Assembly (NCBI RefSeq): GCF_021378375.1
Contig: NZ_CP076228.1
Location: 1,110,001 to 1,142,000 of the forward strand
DNA length: 32,000 nucleotides
Source: Wolbachia endosymbiont of Drosophila innubila
GTDB taxonomy: Bacteria; Pseudomonadota; Alphaproteobacteria; Rickettsiales; Anaplasmataceae
Direction of reading: 5' to 3'
The notes beneath the pieces are model-generated. The model was not told the origin of the DNA. It saw only the letters and a program-made list of their open reading frames with translations, and searched no databases. Both the position numbers and the translations under genes were made by a program. The stretch's first letter is position 1; every line of letters begins with the position of its first letter. Of the stretch, positions 1 through 10,397 are shown piece by piece.

Positions 1-301
1 ACTATTAATGCTGCTATTTTGTATTTCTTAGCGCACATATTTCTTTTTGTAGAAGCTTTCCTCTCTATCCAAGATTCTTTCCGAAAAATAAAATTTCTGA
101 CATCATATAAAAGTTACTTCCCCTATTAACTAGCATAATTATAATAGCAAAAGAGATATTTAGAGAGCTCAAAATCTATCTTTGCCTGCGGATTAAACAA
201 CTAAATTTTAGTAAAAAATGATAGTATTACAAATCGTAAAATACTTTCAACATAGGAAAAATAAATTGCATATTTTTCAGTAAATTAGCTATGCTAAACA
301 C

Positions 302-1366
302 ATGCAAAAACGTCATATAACTATTTGTTTCATACTGCTTTTTATAATAGGGATGTTATTCCTGATGCGTCCTATGATTTTTCCATGTTTAATATCTATT
401 ATTATTGCATATTTGTTTAATCCGCTAGTAGTCAAGTTTGAAAAGTATAGAATACCACGTTCATGTTCTGTAATTTTTATAATACTTATTTTATTAATAG
501 CTTTTATACTAGTCATAACATTTGTTTTACCTATTATATATGTTCAAATTACTTCAATATTAAATTTCTTAGTGAGTAAAGTGCCTTCATTAAAGTTTAA
601 AGTAATCCCCTCTGTATTAGAATTTCTTAATATGAAAATCGAGGATAGCTTATTTGATCATTTATCTAAAAATCTAGCAGAAAATTACAGCAACTATGTA
701 TCTTATTTCATGAATGCTCTTGATATTGCTAGTAACTTTATAATCCAAGTGTTAAGTTCAAGCTTTAACACGGTATCATTAATGGTGATTACTCCTGTAG
801 TGTTTTTCTATATATTACGTGATTGGCCTTTAATTATAGAAAAAGCTAGTAAATTAATCCCTATTCCTTACAGAGGAAAAATTGCAGATTATTTTTCCAA
901 AGTGGATTTCATTATATCTAATTATCTAAAGGGGCAGGTAAATGTATGTATTGTCATGATGGTCTTTTACTCTGTGAGTCTGAGCATAATTGGATTGGAA
1001 CACTCTATTGTTATTGGAATTTTATCAGGAATGTTAACGTTCATACCTTACGTAGGGCCATTATTATATACCATTATTGGGTTTTTGAGCGCTATCACTC
1101 AATTTAGTGGATGGTTTGAAAGTGCTGCTGTTTTGCTATTATTTGGTGTTGGACAATTAATAGATTCAAATATATTAGTTCCTTTATTAATAGGAAAAAA
1201 AGTTCATATACATCCAACTGTAATTATTCTGGGAATTACTATATGCGCTTCATATTTTGGATTTACAGGTATATTACTTTTTATTCCAATAATAGCAATG
1301 TTCAATGTATCAGTAGAATATGCAATCAATAAATATTTTAAAAGTGAGCTTTATAAAAACGGCTAA
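302..1366 (+). CDS. AI-2E family transporter / PerM-like permease
   Basis: 354-aa ORF with several hydrophobic helices; C-terminal GxLxFIPYVGPLLxxIIGF...GQLIDSNILVPLLIGKKVHIHPTVIILGI is typical of the AI-2E/PerM family. Confidence 0.88.
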   Translation: MQKRHITICFILLFIIGMLFLMRPMIFPCLISIIIAYLFNPLVVKFEKYRIPRSCSVIFIILILLIAFILVITFVLPIIYVQITSILNFLVSKVPSLKFKVIPSVLEFLNMKIEDSLFDHLSKNLAENYSNYVSYFMNALDIASNFIIQVLSSSFNTVSLMVITPVVFFYILRDWPLIIEKASKLIPIPYRGKIADYFSKVDFIISNYLKGQVNVCIVMMVFYSVSLSIIGLEHSIVIGILSGMLTFIPYVGPLLYTIIGFLSAITQFSGWFESAAVLLLFGVGQLIDSNILVPLLIGKKVHIHPTVIILGITICASYFGFTGILLFIPIIAMFNVSVEYAINKYFKSELYKNG

Positions 1367-1495
1367 CAGACCTTTTGCATAATCAATTTATGGTAAGAGG
1401 AGAAATGAGCCCAGAATACCTGACACATTTGAGGAGCGTAAGTAAATTTCTGCGCAAAAATTACTACCAGAAAGAGGTTACGTAAGAGGTTCAAC

Positions 1496-2131
1496 GTGCA
1501 ATTAAATTTATTTAACAACAATCAAGCTGATTATAGCCGGCAAAATTACATCATCTTAGATGAAAATAAGCACGTATATAATTCGGTAGTTAATGATTTA
1601 TCTTGGAAATGTCTGATTCTTTTTGGACCTAAAAGCTCCGGTAAAACTCATCTTGCTCATATTTGGCAATCAATAAACGATGCAATCTTTATCAATGTGA
1701 ATAACTTCGTAAGCGAGATTAGGTATAGCGATGCTTTTATTTTAGAAGACGTACAAAACATTAAAGATGAAGCCATGTTATTACATTGTTACAATTACAT
1801 GAAAGAAAACGACAAGAGGCTGCTAATCACTTCTTCAATTTCACCAAAAAAGCTTAACTTCAAACTAAGAGATTTAAGTTCTCGAATATTATCAACTATC
1901 AGCGTAAAAATTTTGCCTGCAAGCGAGGAATTATTAAGAATTATGCTAATAAAACGATTTTCAGATAAACAGTTAAAAATTGATTTAAAAGTGATTGATT
2001 ATATTTTAGCAAGAATAGAACGTTCTTTCTATAGCATTGATAAAATTATAGAAAAGATAGATAATGAATCTATAGGGTCAAATGTGACCGTTCCTTTTAT
2101 TAGCACTTTATTAAAAAAAGATGCCATTTGA
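1496..2131 (+). CDS. DnaA-related ATPase, HdaA-like regulatory inactivator of DnaA
   Basis: 211-aa ORF with FGPKSSGKTHLAHIW (Walker A), DAFILEDVQNI (Walker B-like), DLSSRILS and a C-terminal helical region as in Hda/DnaA family proteins. Confidence 0.75.
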   Translation: MQLNLFNNNQADYSRQNYIILDENKHVYNSVVNDLSWKCLILFGPKSSGKTHLAHIWQSINDAIFINVNNFVSEIRYSDAFILEDVQNIKDEAMLLHCYNYMKENDKRLLITSSISPKKLNFKLRDLSSRILSTISVKILPASEELLRIMLIKRFSDKQLKIDLKVIDYILARIERSFYSIDKIIEKIDNESIGSNVTVPFISTLLKKDAI

Positions 2132-2336
2132 TTTCTTCTTTTGTAAAGGTGTATATTAAAAATTTATTAACACCCATAACACTAACGTAATTGGAATCTC
2201 TACCTGTCCATGTTAGAATTATAATCAATGTTATGTTATAATAAATATAGATAGATACAGCTAAGAAGTATTCTATATTTATAGTAGAGCTCACTTTATA
2301 AGGTGTTTTTTATAGATTTAACGTTATAATTTAACT

Positions 2337-2507
2337 ATGATAAGAGTAAGATTAAATTTAAGAAAAAGGTTAAAGCAAAAGTTTGTGATGTTCACTCTAT
2401 TGATAAATGCTTTATTTGTCTCATATTTTCTCATAAGAAACACAGGGAACACTTCTAATCAAATTATAGCCAAAGAAATAAATATAGGAACTGATAATGA
2501 AAAATAA
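2337..2507 (+). CDS. small single-TM protein (56 aa), function unknown
   Basis: Manually read ORF MIRVRLNLRKRLKQKFVMFTLLINALFVSYFLIRNTGNTSNQIIAKEINIGTDNEK*; basic N-terminus then one hydrophobic helix. Its 3' end overlaps the start of the recombinase gene at 2497. Below the length cut-off of the ORF track. Confidence 0.5.
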   Translation: MIRVRLNLRKRLKQKFVMFTLLINALFVSYFLIRNTGNTSNQIIAKEINIGTDNEK

Positions 2508-3483
2508 ACAGTCGCAAAATAAAAAAGAAAATCTTTACATAACATATTACATAGATGCTTTAGCTTCAGAGAGGTCCGCTGCACAAAATACTCTGGAAAG
2601 TTATCGTTCGGATTTACACCAGTTTGAAGAATTTTTATTGGAAAGCGGCACTACCTTGGTTGGTGTAAACAAAACCAATATTAAAGATTATGTGAAATCT
2701 TTATGTACACAAAAAAAATATAAAAGTAGCTCTATATCAAGAAAAATATCCGCTATGAAAAATTTTTACAAGTGTCTATTTAATGACGGAATAATAGATT
2801 TTAATCCAGCGCCGGCTAATGATGCTGAATTAAAGAATCCAAAAGTTTCTCGTCCTTTGCCTAAGTATTTAAGTGTCGAAGAAATATTTTTGCTAATGGA
2901 CACAGTGAGAAAATCAGCAAGCGAATCGAATAAAGAGATAAGCAGTAAAAGGCTATGTGCGATTTTAGATATCCTTTACTCTTCTGGAATGCGTGTTTCT
3001 GAACTAATTAGTATGAAATTATGTGAAGTGTCACATTTAATAAACAGTAATAACAAAGAATGCTATATAATAATAAAAGGAAAAAGTGGTAGAGAGAGGC
3101 AAATTCTTTTTAATGAACAAGCATTGCAGAGCCTTAGAAATTATTTATCAGTTCGTGATAATCTGATCTCTAAAGAAAAGGAATCCGATTGGCTATTCCC
3201 AGGTGATAAACCTAATAAACCAATTACAAGGCAGAGGGTCGGTCAATTAATGAAGGAGTTGGCAAGAAAATGCAATATTGATGAAAATAAGATCTCTCCA
3301 CACGCGGTTAGGCATTCTTTTGCTACCCATCTACTAAATAGCGGAGTAAATATTGTGTTGATACAGAAAGTTCTTGGCCATACTAACCTTTCTACAACAC
3401 AAATATATACTCATATTGCTAACGAAAAGTTAAAGGACAAATTAGCTGATTCGCATCCTATTACTCAGATGATCAATAATTAA
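2497..3483 (+). CDS. xerD: site-specific tyrosine recombinase XerC/XerD
   Basis: 328-aa ORF; SAM-like N-terminal domain, catalytic set R (SSGMRVSEL), K (IIKGKSGRERQI), HAVRHSFATHLL, LGHTNLSTTQIYTHI. Assignment to XerD rather than XerC is tentative. Confidence 0.88.
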   Translation: MKNKQSQNKKENLYITYYIDALASERSAAQNTLESYRSDLHQFEEFLLESGTTLVGVNKTNIKDYVKSLCTQKKYKSSSISRKISAMKNFYKCLFNDGIIDFNPAPANDAELKNPKVSRPLPKYLSVEEIFLLMDTVRKSASESNKEISSKRLCAILDILYSSGMRVSELISMKLCEVSHLINSNNKECYIIIKGKSGRERQILFNEQALQSLRNYLSVRDNLISKEKESDWLFPGDKPNKPITRQRVGQLMKELARKCNIDENKISPHAVRHSFATHLLNSGVNIVLIQKVLGHTNLSTTQIYTHIANEKLKDKLADSHPITQMINN

Positions 3484-3538
3484 ATTTATTGTTTTTAATT
3501 TGTAATAAAGTTAAATTTAAATAAATTTATGTGAGTTT

Positions 3539-4264
3539 GTGATTTCAAGTTTATTGTTTAATTTCTTTCTTATATTATGGGAGGTATTCTATACTTTCAT
3601 TACTCTCCCTGTAATTTTCTTTTCTGAGTGTGTAATAACCATTTTCCTCGTCTGTTCGGTGAGAGTTGTATTATTCATGCTGCGTTTATTATGTGGCATT
3701 AAATATGAAGTGAGGGGAATGGAAAACATCCCTAAGCAACCTTTTATCATTGCATCTAAACACCAATCTCCATTTGAAACATTTATTTTTATACTACTAT
3801 TTAGAAAAGCGGTTTTTATTTTAAAACGTGAATTGAAATGGATTCCATTCATTGGTTTGCATCTTATAGCGCTGAAAATGATTTTTATTAACCGTTCAGA
3901 TGGTATCAGTTCTATACGCCATATAATCAAACTAGCAAAAATGCGTATAAAAGAAAATAGAAGCATAATAATATTTCCTGAAGGTACAAGAACAACTATA
4001 AACCAAAATATAAAATATCAACCAGGTATTGCTGCTTTATATAGCGTATTATCTGTTCCTGTGTTACCGGTTGCTTTAAACACTGGTTTGTTTTGGCCAA
4101 AAAGCATACTTTCTCTGAGAAAGAATCCCGGAAAGGCAGTAATAGAAATATTGCCCCCAATATATCCTGGGTTAAACAAAAATGAATTCTTGCAAAGTTT
4201 AGAAAAAATTATTGAAGAGAGAAGCAGTAGATTAACCATAGGAAAAACTGATATTGCAAATTAA
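3539..4264 (+). CDS. plsC: lysophospholipid acyltransferase, 1-acyl-sn-glycerol-3-phosphate acyltransferase (PlsC family)
   Basis: 241-aa ORF with FIIASKHQSPFETF (HX4D-like, here HQSPFE) and IIIFPEGTRTT motifs. Confidence 0.85.
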   Translation: MISSLLFNFFLILWEVFYTFITLPVIFFSECVITIFLVCSVRVVLFMLRLLCGIKYEVRGMENIPKQPFIIASKHQSPFETFIFILLFRKAVFILKRELKWIPFIGLHLIALKMIFINRSDGISSIRHIIKLAKMRIKENRSIIIFPEGTRTTINQNIKYQPGIAALYSVLSVPVLPVALNTGLFWPKSILSLRKNPGKAVIEILPPIYPGLNKNEFLQSLEKIIEERSSRLTIGKTDIAN

Positions 4265-4315
4265 CAAAAAAACTTTATAATTAAAAGAAAAGTACAGTAT
4301 TTTAGGTATTAATAT

Positions 4316-4585
4316 ATGGCAAATCATAAGAGTGCTAAAAAAATGATAAAGGTAATAGCAAAGCGCACTTTAATAAATAAGATGCGGAAAAGTAAAACTC
4401 GCACTGCTATTAGAAATTTGGTTGATATAATCAAGTCTGGCGACAAAGAAAATGTTGTTCTGGCATTTCGGAATGCTGAATCTAATTTACACAAGTGTGT
4501 GAATAAAGGTGTTATTCATAGGAATACCGCTGCGCGTAAAATAAGTCGCTTAAATGCAAAAGTAAAAGCATTGATGACCGCTTAA
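4316..4585 (+). CDS. rpsT: 30S ribosomal protein S20
   Basis: 89-aa MANHKSAKKMIKVIAKRTLINKMRKSKTRTAIRNL...VIHRNTAARKISRLNAKVKAL, classic bS20 sequence. Confidence 0.96.
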   Translation: MANHKSAKKMIKVIAKRTLINKMRKSKTRTAIRNLVDIIKSGDKENVVLAFRNAESNLHKCVNKGVIHRNTAARKISRLNAKVKALMTA

Positions 4586-4662
4586 TACGGTTAATGTAAA
4601 GTTAACTGTATTAATATATACTCCTCAGTTTGTATATTCTGTATAAAATTTAAGTAGCTTAA

Positions 4663-5916
4663 GTGATGGATAAAAAAGTGCTATTAGAACTAAGTAATGG
4701 ATTAAAAATCGAGCTACCTGTATTAAGCGGAACAACAGGTCCTGATGTGTTAAATATCAAGGATTTATATAAGATGACAGGATTATTCACTTACGATCCA
4801 GGGTTTGTTTCTACAGCTTCATGCTCTTCTACAATTACATTCATTGATGGAGATGAAGGAGTTCTTAAATATAGGGGACATAATATAGCTGATTTGGCAG
4901 AGAATAATAATTTTACTGCTGTGATTTATTTATTGCTCTATGGTGAATTACCCAGTTCAGAGCAACACAAAAAATTTCTTCTCAAAATACAAGAATCATC
5001 CAAAGTATCAGAGCAAGTTACAAATGTAATTAAAGCATTTCCAAAAACTGCTCACCCTATGTCAATCTTAGTTGCATGTTTTGCAAGTTTGTCAGCATCT
5101 TATCATGAAAAGCATGGCAACAATGTCAATGGTGAAGACCTAGATTTTGGAATTTCTGCAATAGCGCAAGTTTCCACAATTATTGCAATGATTTATAGGC
5201 ATATCAACAATCAGGAATTCATAAATGCTAACAATGAATTAAGTTACAGTGAAAATTTCTTAAAGATGATATTTGGCGATGCTGTTGATAATGATAAAAG
5301 CGCCCTTTTTGCAAAAGCTCTGGATAAAATATTTACTCTCCATGCTGATCATGAACAGAATGCTTCTACGGCGGCTGTCAGATTGGTGGGATCGGCTGGT
5401 TCTAATCTGTTTGCAAGCCTCTCTGCAGGAGTTGCTACACTTTGGGGACCAGCACATGGTGGAGCTAATGAGGCAGTTATAAATATGCTAAAAGAGATAG
5501 AGCAAAGTGGAGATATAGATAAATTCATCGAAAAAGCTAAAGATGATAAAGATCCATTTAAATTGATGGGATTTGGACATCGTGTTTATAAAAATTATGA
5601 TCCGCGCGCGCGTATATTGGAAGGCGCTTGCCATGAGGTTCTAAGTAAACTAGAACAAAATAATGAACTGCTTAAAATTGCAAAAAAACTTGAAGAAATA
5701 GCTTTAAAGGATGAATATTTTATCGTGCGTAAGTTATATCCAAATGTTGATTTTTACTCAGGTATAATAATGAATGCTATTGATATCCCCTCAAATATGT
5801 TCACGCCTATTTTTGCACTTGCAAGAACCACTGGTTGGGTTACTCAGTGGTATGAAATGATAAATGATAAAGAAACTAAGATCTGTAGACCAAGGCAACT
5901 CTATTTTGGTAAATAA
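4663..5916 (+). CDS. gltA: citrate synthase
   Basis: 417-aa ORF; LVGSAGSNLFASLSAGVATLWGPAHGGANEAV, MGFGHRVYKNYDPRARI and ARTTGWVTQWYEM citrate synthase signatures. ATG at 4663; residue 1 could also be 4666. Confidence 0.97.
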   Translation: MMDKKVLLELSNGLKIELPVLSGTTGPDVLNIKDLYKMTGLFTYDPGFVSTASCSSTITFIDGDEGVLKYRGHNIADLAENNNFTAVIYLLLYGELPSSEQHKKFLLKIQESSKVSEQVTNVIKAFPKTAHPMSILVACFASLSASYHEKHGNNVNGEDLDFGISAIAQVSTIIAMIYRHINNQEFINANNELSYSENFLKMIFGDAVDNDKSALFAKALDKIFTLHADHEQNASTAAVRLVGSAGSNLFASLSAGVATLWGPAHGGANEAVINMLKEIEQSGDIDKFIEKAKDDKDPFKLMGFGHRVYKNYDPRARILEGACHEVLSKLEQNNELLKIAKKLEEIALKDEYFIVRKLYPNVDFYSGIIMNAIDIPSNMFTPIFALARTTGWVTQWYEMINDKETKICRPRQLYFGK

Positions 5917-6072
5917 ATTTATTTTCACTTCATTAGACTTCTTGCATAACCCAAACTAAGTAGAAAAAAGGTGTCATCCGAGTAGCTGACACTGGTTCCT
6001 TTACGACGGAAGTGTCCAGAGGTGTCATTCCAGTCTGGAATCCAGAAAAAAGGATGGTGTCATTCCGTATCC

Positions 6073-6097
6073 GTTCAGCCAATGGCGTCAACTTAAG
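6073..6097. repeat. left copy of 25-bp inverted repeat flanking transposase remnant
   Basis: GTTCAGCCAATGGCGTCAACTTAAG; its reverse complement is found at 7526..7550 with one mismatch (18 bp CAATGGCGTCAACTTAAG exact). Confidence 0.7.
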
Positions 6098-6299
6098 AAC
6101 TTTCATTAGCAAACTCTCCTAAAGACATGATGGCGTTTAGGCTTATCTACTTTATTGCGGCTGTCCCGGTCGGATTTTAACTTTAGCGCGTATACTTAAA
6201 AAGGGCTTGAAAGTTTTTTGGCGCAATAAGTACCTGATAGAGTTTCTGCCTCATTACACCAAATAAAACTGAAAAATTTAAACGATACTCATACCAATT

Positions 6300-7406
6300 C
6301 TCATTATTAGTGAATCAAATAAGCGATATTGTAGAGTTATTTAATTGTGGAGTGAGAAAGAAAGGCAATAGTATGGCTTTTTTTCCATTGTTATCTATCC
6401 GTTTATTGTGCAGTGGGAATTGGTATCAGTAATTTGATCTGGGTTCCAAGGCCCTTGTGCATCACACATATGAAGCGATAATATATTGCACATGACCAAG
6501 TTTGCCCAAAATTCTTGTAATACAGCCTCTCCAGAAAAATTCTCTAACTCTGCTCCTACTTTGAGTCGTTTATAGCACTCCTCTATGTGCCACCTTAACA
6601 CATAAGCTTTGCTCCAAAGTCTCGGTCAAAAACTCTGTTTCTCAGTTGGCTAATGTCAGCACTATAACTCTTACTTTCTGTCCTTTCATTTTATTTTTAG
6701 CTTTTCATTTTCTAATATAAAATCAAAATCTAATTCGCCAGCGTTCCCATAGCTTACTATAATTTCTTTTTTGCAAGCGAAAAATAAAATCTACTTCCAA
6801 ATTATAATGCTGCTGAATGAATTTTACTGAAGACGATCATAGATAAATAATAATTTCTCTTGATTTAATAAACGCATTTGAGTGATAACTTCGGGTAATT
6901 GCTCTGCCGCCAACGTTTGTTCACCTATATTCCAAGCTGCAAGACGAGCACTGCAAATCAATGAAGTACACAAATCAACAAACAAATTGCCAATGGTGCC
7001 TGTTGTTCCATTTGGTTCAAACTCGGATACAATTTCCCCAGAGCTGGGTAATCTCATACCAGAACCATCTGCTGCAATAAGTCTATAGCCTCTCAACTCA
7101 GGTTCATCCTGATAGGCTGTTTGGATGCTTAAATTCTTGAAAAAGCCTGTATGGCAAATCTTATACCTTGCTTTAGAAAAAGCTTGCTTTGAGGGTACAT
7201 GTCAATGGCTCCATAAGTTCACATTCTATTCCCAAACTTTTTTTAACTAACTTTAAAATCATAGAAAATACTGTCGAAAAAGGAAGTTTTCTTGTTCGTG
7301 TAAAACTCAACACAATGGATTTTCTGAAAAGTTTTCGAGTATATTGCATTTTTAATTTGTAAGATAAGATCTTTTCCTTTTTGCATGCCTCACCTAAAAA
7401 AGACAC
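6300..7406 (-). pseudogene. degraded IS4-type (DDE) transposase
   Basis: Three minus-strand fragments in different frames: 7173..7406 (N-terminal), 6824..7096 with LIAADGSGMRLPSSGE (first Asp region), 6395..6601 with RWHIEECYKRLKVGAELENFSG (YREK-like C-terminal region). Outer limits approximate. Confidence 0.8.
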
Positions 7407-7525
7407 ATTTTAAACTTTTTTGTTGCAATAAAATAGAAACAAAAGTGCTGTCCCTTGCACTCTTTGGATAATTTAATGATAAAAAATTTGGAGAGAAATT
7501 TTATACACTATCGCTGATATTTTTC

Positions 7526-7550
7526 CTTAAGTTGACGCCATTGCCTGAAC
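7526..7550. repeat. right copy of 25-bp inverted repeat flanking transposase remnant
   Basis: CTTAAGTTGACGCCATTGCCTGAAC, reverse complement of 6073..6097 with one mismatch. Confidence 0.7.
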
Positions 7551-7707
7551 ACTTACCTAATGATGAAGCTATCGAAAACATAGCAAAGAGACTTCAAAAA
7601 TCTATAGACGATGCAAAAAAGCACAAGGTCATGTTTAGTGTTGATGTATTCCAAGGAGAAAAAAGTCATCAATAATAGATTATTCGATACTGATCTTATA
7701 CCACCTC

Positions 7708-8390
7708 ATGGAGCAAGATAAAAATGTTACTGAGACTGGAAAAGAAAAACTACGGCCTCTTATGTTAGAAATGTTTAATCTAGTTTCAACAGGCACTGAT
7801 GTGAGCCAAGAAGTTCGGAGATTATTGCCAGAAGATATACTGAAAGAACGCGGCGAATATTTGTCACGTCTAAAACAAATTGTAAGTGATAGTATTGAAA
7901 ATGACAAAAAAAAGGAATTGTAGTAGAAAGAGATAATAAATTTTATTATGTACAGTGTCCAGAAAAAAGTGTGATCACTCCTGCAAAATTTATGAACTCC
8001 CCGGAATTTAAGGACTTAGAATATGGTGCATTGCGAATAGGAGAAGGAGATAATCTAATCTGAATAAAAAGCTGGCAATATCATGATATGCAAGGCAAAG
8101 TAAAAATGACCTTTAGGGTAGGCGATGAAAAGATCGAAATGATTTTATCTTCTGAAAAAGCTGAAAGTTTTGGTAAAATAATGGTACATATGGATGACAA
8201 AAGTTGTGAAATCTTCTCAAAGTACCTAAAAGAGCTAGAAAAAGAACCTCGTATAAGCAAGGTTGTTGAAGCTGCTAAAAGTTTTGCACAAACGAAAAGC
8301 AGTGCAGTTAGTCCACCTCTTTCTAATATGAAAAGAGTTGACACATCGCAACATTTTCAAAGTAGTGACCATGAATCACCAGAGCATTAA
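7708..8390 (+). pseudogene. degraded hypothetical gene, read as at least two pieces
   Basis: ORF 7708..7923 and ORF 8088..8390 are bridged by an open frame starting at 7923 (VERDNKFYYVQCPEKSVITPAKFMNSPEFKDLEYGALRIGEGDNLI) ending at a TGA at 8061..8063, after which the same frame continues as ..IKSWQYHDMQGKVKMTFRVGDEKIEM. Suggests one frameshift near 7920 plus one stop. Confidence 0.55.
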
Positions 8391-8497
8391 CAATTATCAT
8401 ACATACATTGTTGCATATAGCAATAGTGTATGTGTATAGTTAGTAGGGTTTGTAAACTTAATAAAGTCTACAACTAATTTGAAAACTACTTTATTGT

Positions 8498-10024
8498 ATG
8501 CAAGACTTTAAAATACTAGAAAATCTAAAAACCAAAGCACTAGAAGCTGAAAAAGGAGGCGGTTCTGACAGGATTACCAAACAACATGAAAAAGGGAAAT
8601 TAACTGCTAGAGAAAGGCTCAGTATATTGCTCGATGAAAGTTCTTTTGCAGAATACGATAAATTCGTAAAACATCATGCAAATGATTTTGGCATGCAAAA
8701 TGCTAATTTTTTAGGTGATGGGGTAGTGATTGGTCATGGTACTATTTATGGCAGAAAAGTTTTTGTTTATTCTCAGGATTTTACTGTCTTTGGTGGTTCA
8801 CTTGGTGCGTCACATGCAAAAAAAATATGCAAAATTATGGATATGGCAATTAATGCCAGAGTTCCAATTATCGGACTAAATGATTCTGGTGGAGCCAGAA
8901 TTCAGGAAGGAGTAAATTCTCTTGCTGGTTATGGAGAAATTTTTCAAAGAAACGTAAATGCATCGGGTGTTATACCACAAATTTCTTTAATTATGGGCCC
9001 ATGTGCAGGAGGTGCAGTTTATTCCCCAGCATTAACTGACTTTACTTTCATGGTGAAAAACAGTTCATATATGTTTATAACCGGGCCAGATGTAGTAAAA
9101 AAGGTTACCTACGAAGATGTAAGTTTCGAAGACCTCGGTGGAGCAAAAATTCATACAAGCAAAACAGGAGTAGCGGATTTTGCATTCAATAATGATGTTG
9201 AAATGCTGCTAAAAATGCGTGAATTCTTTACTTTCTTACCAGCAAATAATCAAGAATCACCAAAATCTGCACCAATCTGTAATGATGTTGACGACATTGA
9301 TGAATCCTTAAACACTCTAATTCCTACCAATCCTAATACTCCTTATGATATGTATGAACTCATTGAAAAAGTTTGTGATGAAAGGAATTTCTTTGAACTG
9401 AAACCTGATTTTGCTCGTAATATCATAACTGGTTTTGGTAGAATTGGAGGAAATACTGTCGGTATTGTTGCAAATCAACCTATGCACCTTGCAGGATGTT
9501 TGGATATTGATTCTTCAAGAAAAGCTGCGAGGTTTGTAAGGTTTTGTGACGCATTTAACATTCCGATCATCACACTTATTGATGTTCCAGGATTTTTGCC
9601 GGGTACAAATCAAGAATACAATAATATAATACAACACGGAGCGAAACTGCTTTACGCTTACGCTGAAGCGACCGTGCCGAAAATTAGCCTTATCACTAGA
9701 AAAGCGTATGGTGGTGCATACATTGTTATGAATTCGAAACATCTAAAAGGTGATATAAATTATGCCTGGCCAACTGCTGAAATAGCTGTGATGGGCCCTG
9801 AAAGTGCAGTTGAGATTATATTTCGACACGAAAAAGATCAGCAAACGTTAATTAAAGAATATAAAGAAAAATTTGCTAACCCATTTTTTGCTGCATCATA
9901 TGGATACATTGATGACATTATAGTGCCAAGTAAAACAAGGTATCACTTTTGTAAAGCATTAGAGCTACTCAAAAACAAGAAGGTAGAAAGGATATGGAAA
10001 AAGCATGACAACTTACCTCTGTAA
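8498..10024 (+). CDS. pccB: propionyl-CoA carboxylase beta chain / acyl-CoA carboxyltransferase
   Basis: 508-aa ORF; [110 protein letters not shown]. Confidence 0.95.
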   Translation: MQDFKILENLKTKALEAEKGGGSDRITKQHEKGKLTARERLSILLDESSFAEYDKFVKHHANDFGMQNANFLGDGVVIGHGTIYGRKVFVYSQDFTVFGGSLGASHAKKICKIMDMAINARVPIIGLNDSGGARIQEGVNSLAGYGEIFQRNVNASGVIPQISLIMGPCAGGAVYSPALTDFTFMVKNSSYMFITGPDVVKKVTYEDVSFEDLGGAKIHTSKTGVADFAFNNDVEMLLKMREFFTFLPANNQESPKSAPICNDVDDIDESLNTLIPTNPNTPYDMYELIEKVCDERNFFELKPDFARNIITGFGRIGGNTVGIVANQPMHLAGCLDIDSSRKAARFVRFCDAFNIPIITLIDVPGFLPGTNQEYNNIIQHGAKLLYAYAEATVPKISLITRKAYGGAYIVMNSKHLKGDINYAWPTAEIAVMGPESAVEIIFRHEKDQQTLIKEYKEKFANPFFAASYGYIDDIIVPSKTRYHFCKALELLKNKKVERIWKKHDNLPL

Positions 10025-10077
10025 CTTTCTTCTAAGCCTTGCTTACAAGTTATGCAATATTATAAGTATAATCAGTG

Positions 10078-10150
10078 TGCCGTTACCAAGACTCGAACTT
10101 GGGACCTCGTCATTACCAATGACGTACTCTACCACCTGAGCTACAACGGC
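10078..10150 (-). tRNA. tRNA-Thr (anticodon GGT)
   Basis: Reverse complement GCCGTTGTAGCTCAGGTGGTAGAGTACGTCATTGGTAATGACGAGGTCCCAAGTTCGAGTCTTGGTAACGGCA folds as a cloverleaf; anticodon loop TTGGTAA gives GGT. Confidence 0.95.
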
Positions 10151-10397
10151 AAGTTTATATATTATGATAATGAATAACACAAAAAAGAATAAGGAAAAAG
10201 AAGAGGAGAAAAAAAGATTAGCGAAAGCTTTAAAGCAAAATATTTTGAAAAGAAAAAAGCAGCAACAGAGTAGACAGAGAACCCTTTCAAAACTCGTTTG
10301 TGGTGAGGAATTTTTAGGAGAAAGCACCGCAGAATACTCGAATGTATTTGAGAACGACAAAATTACCATCAGAAACTTAAGTTTTGAAGGAGGTATC

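Noticed and set aside
313-516. Antisense ORF inside the PerM-like gene (and many similar antisense ORFs, e.g. 3589..3966, 22277..22564, 24291..24644, 27480..27818)
   Set aside because: They are shadow frames of well-supported coding regions with low-complexity hydrophobic composition and no domain signal.
1373-1480. Segment GACCTTTTGCATAATCAATTTATGG... looked like a possible insertion-sequence end
   Set aside because: No matching inverted partner or transposase piece seen nearby.
5257-5482. Plus/minus ORFs nested in gltA
   Set aside because: Fully inside a highly conserved citrate synthase reading frame.
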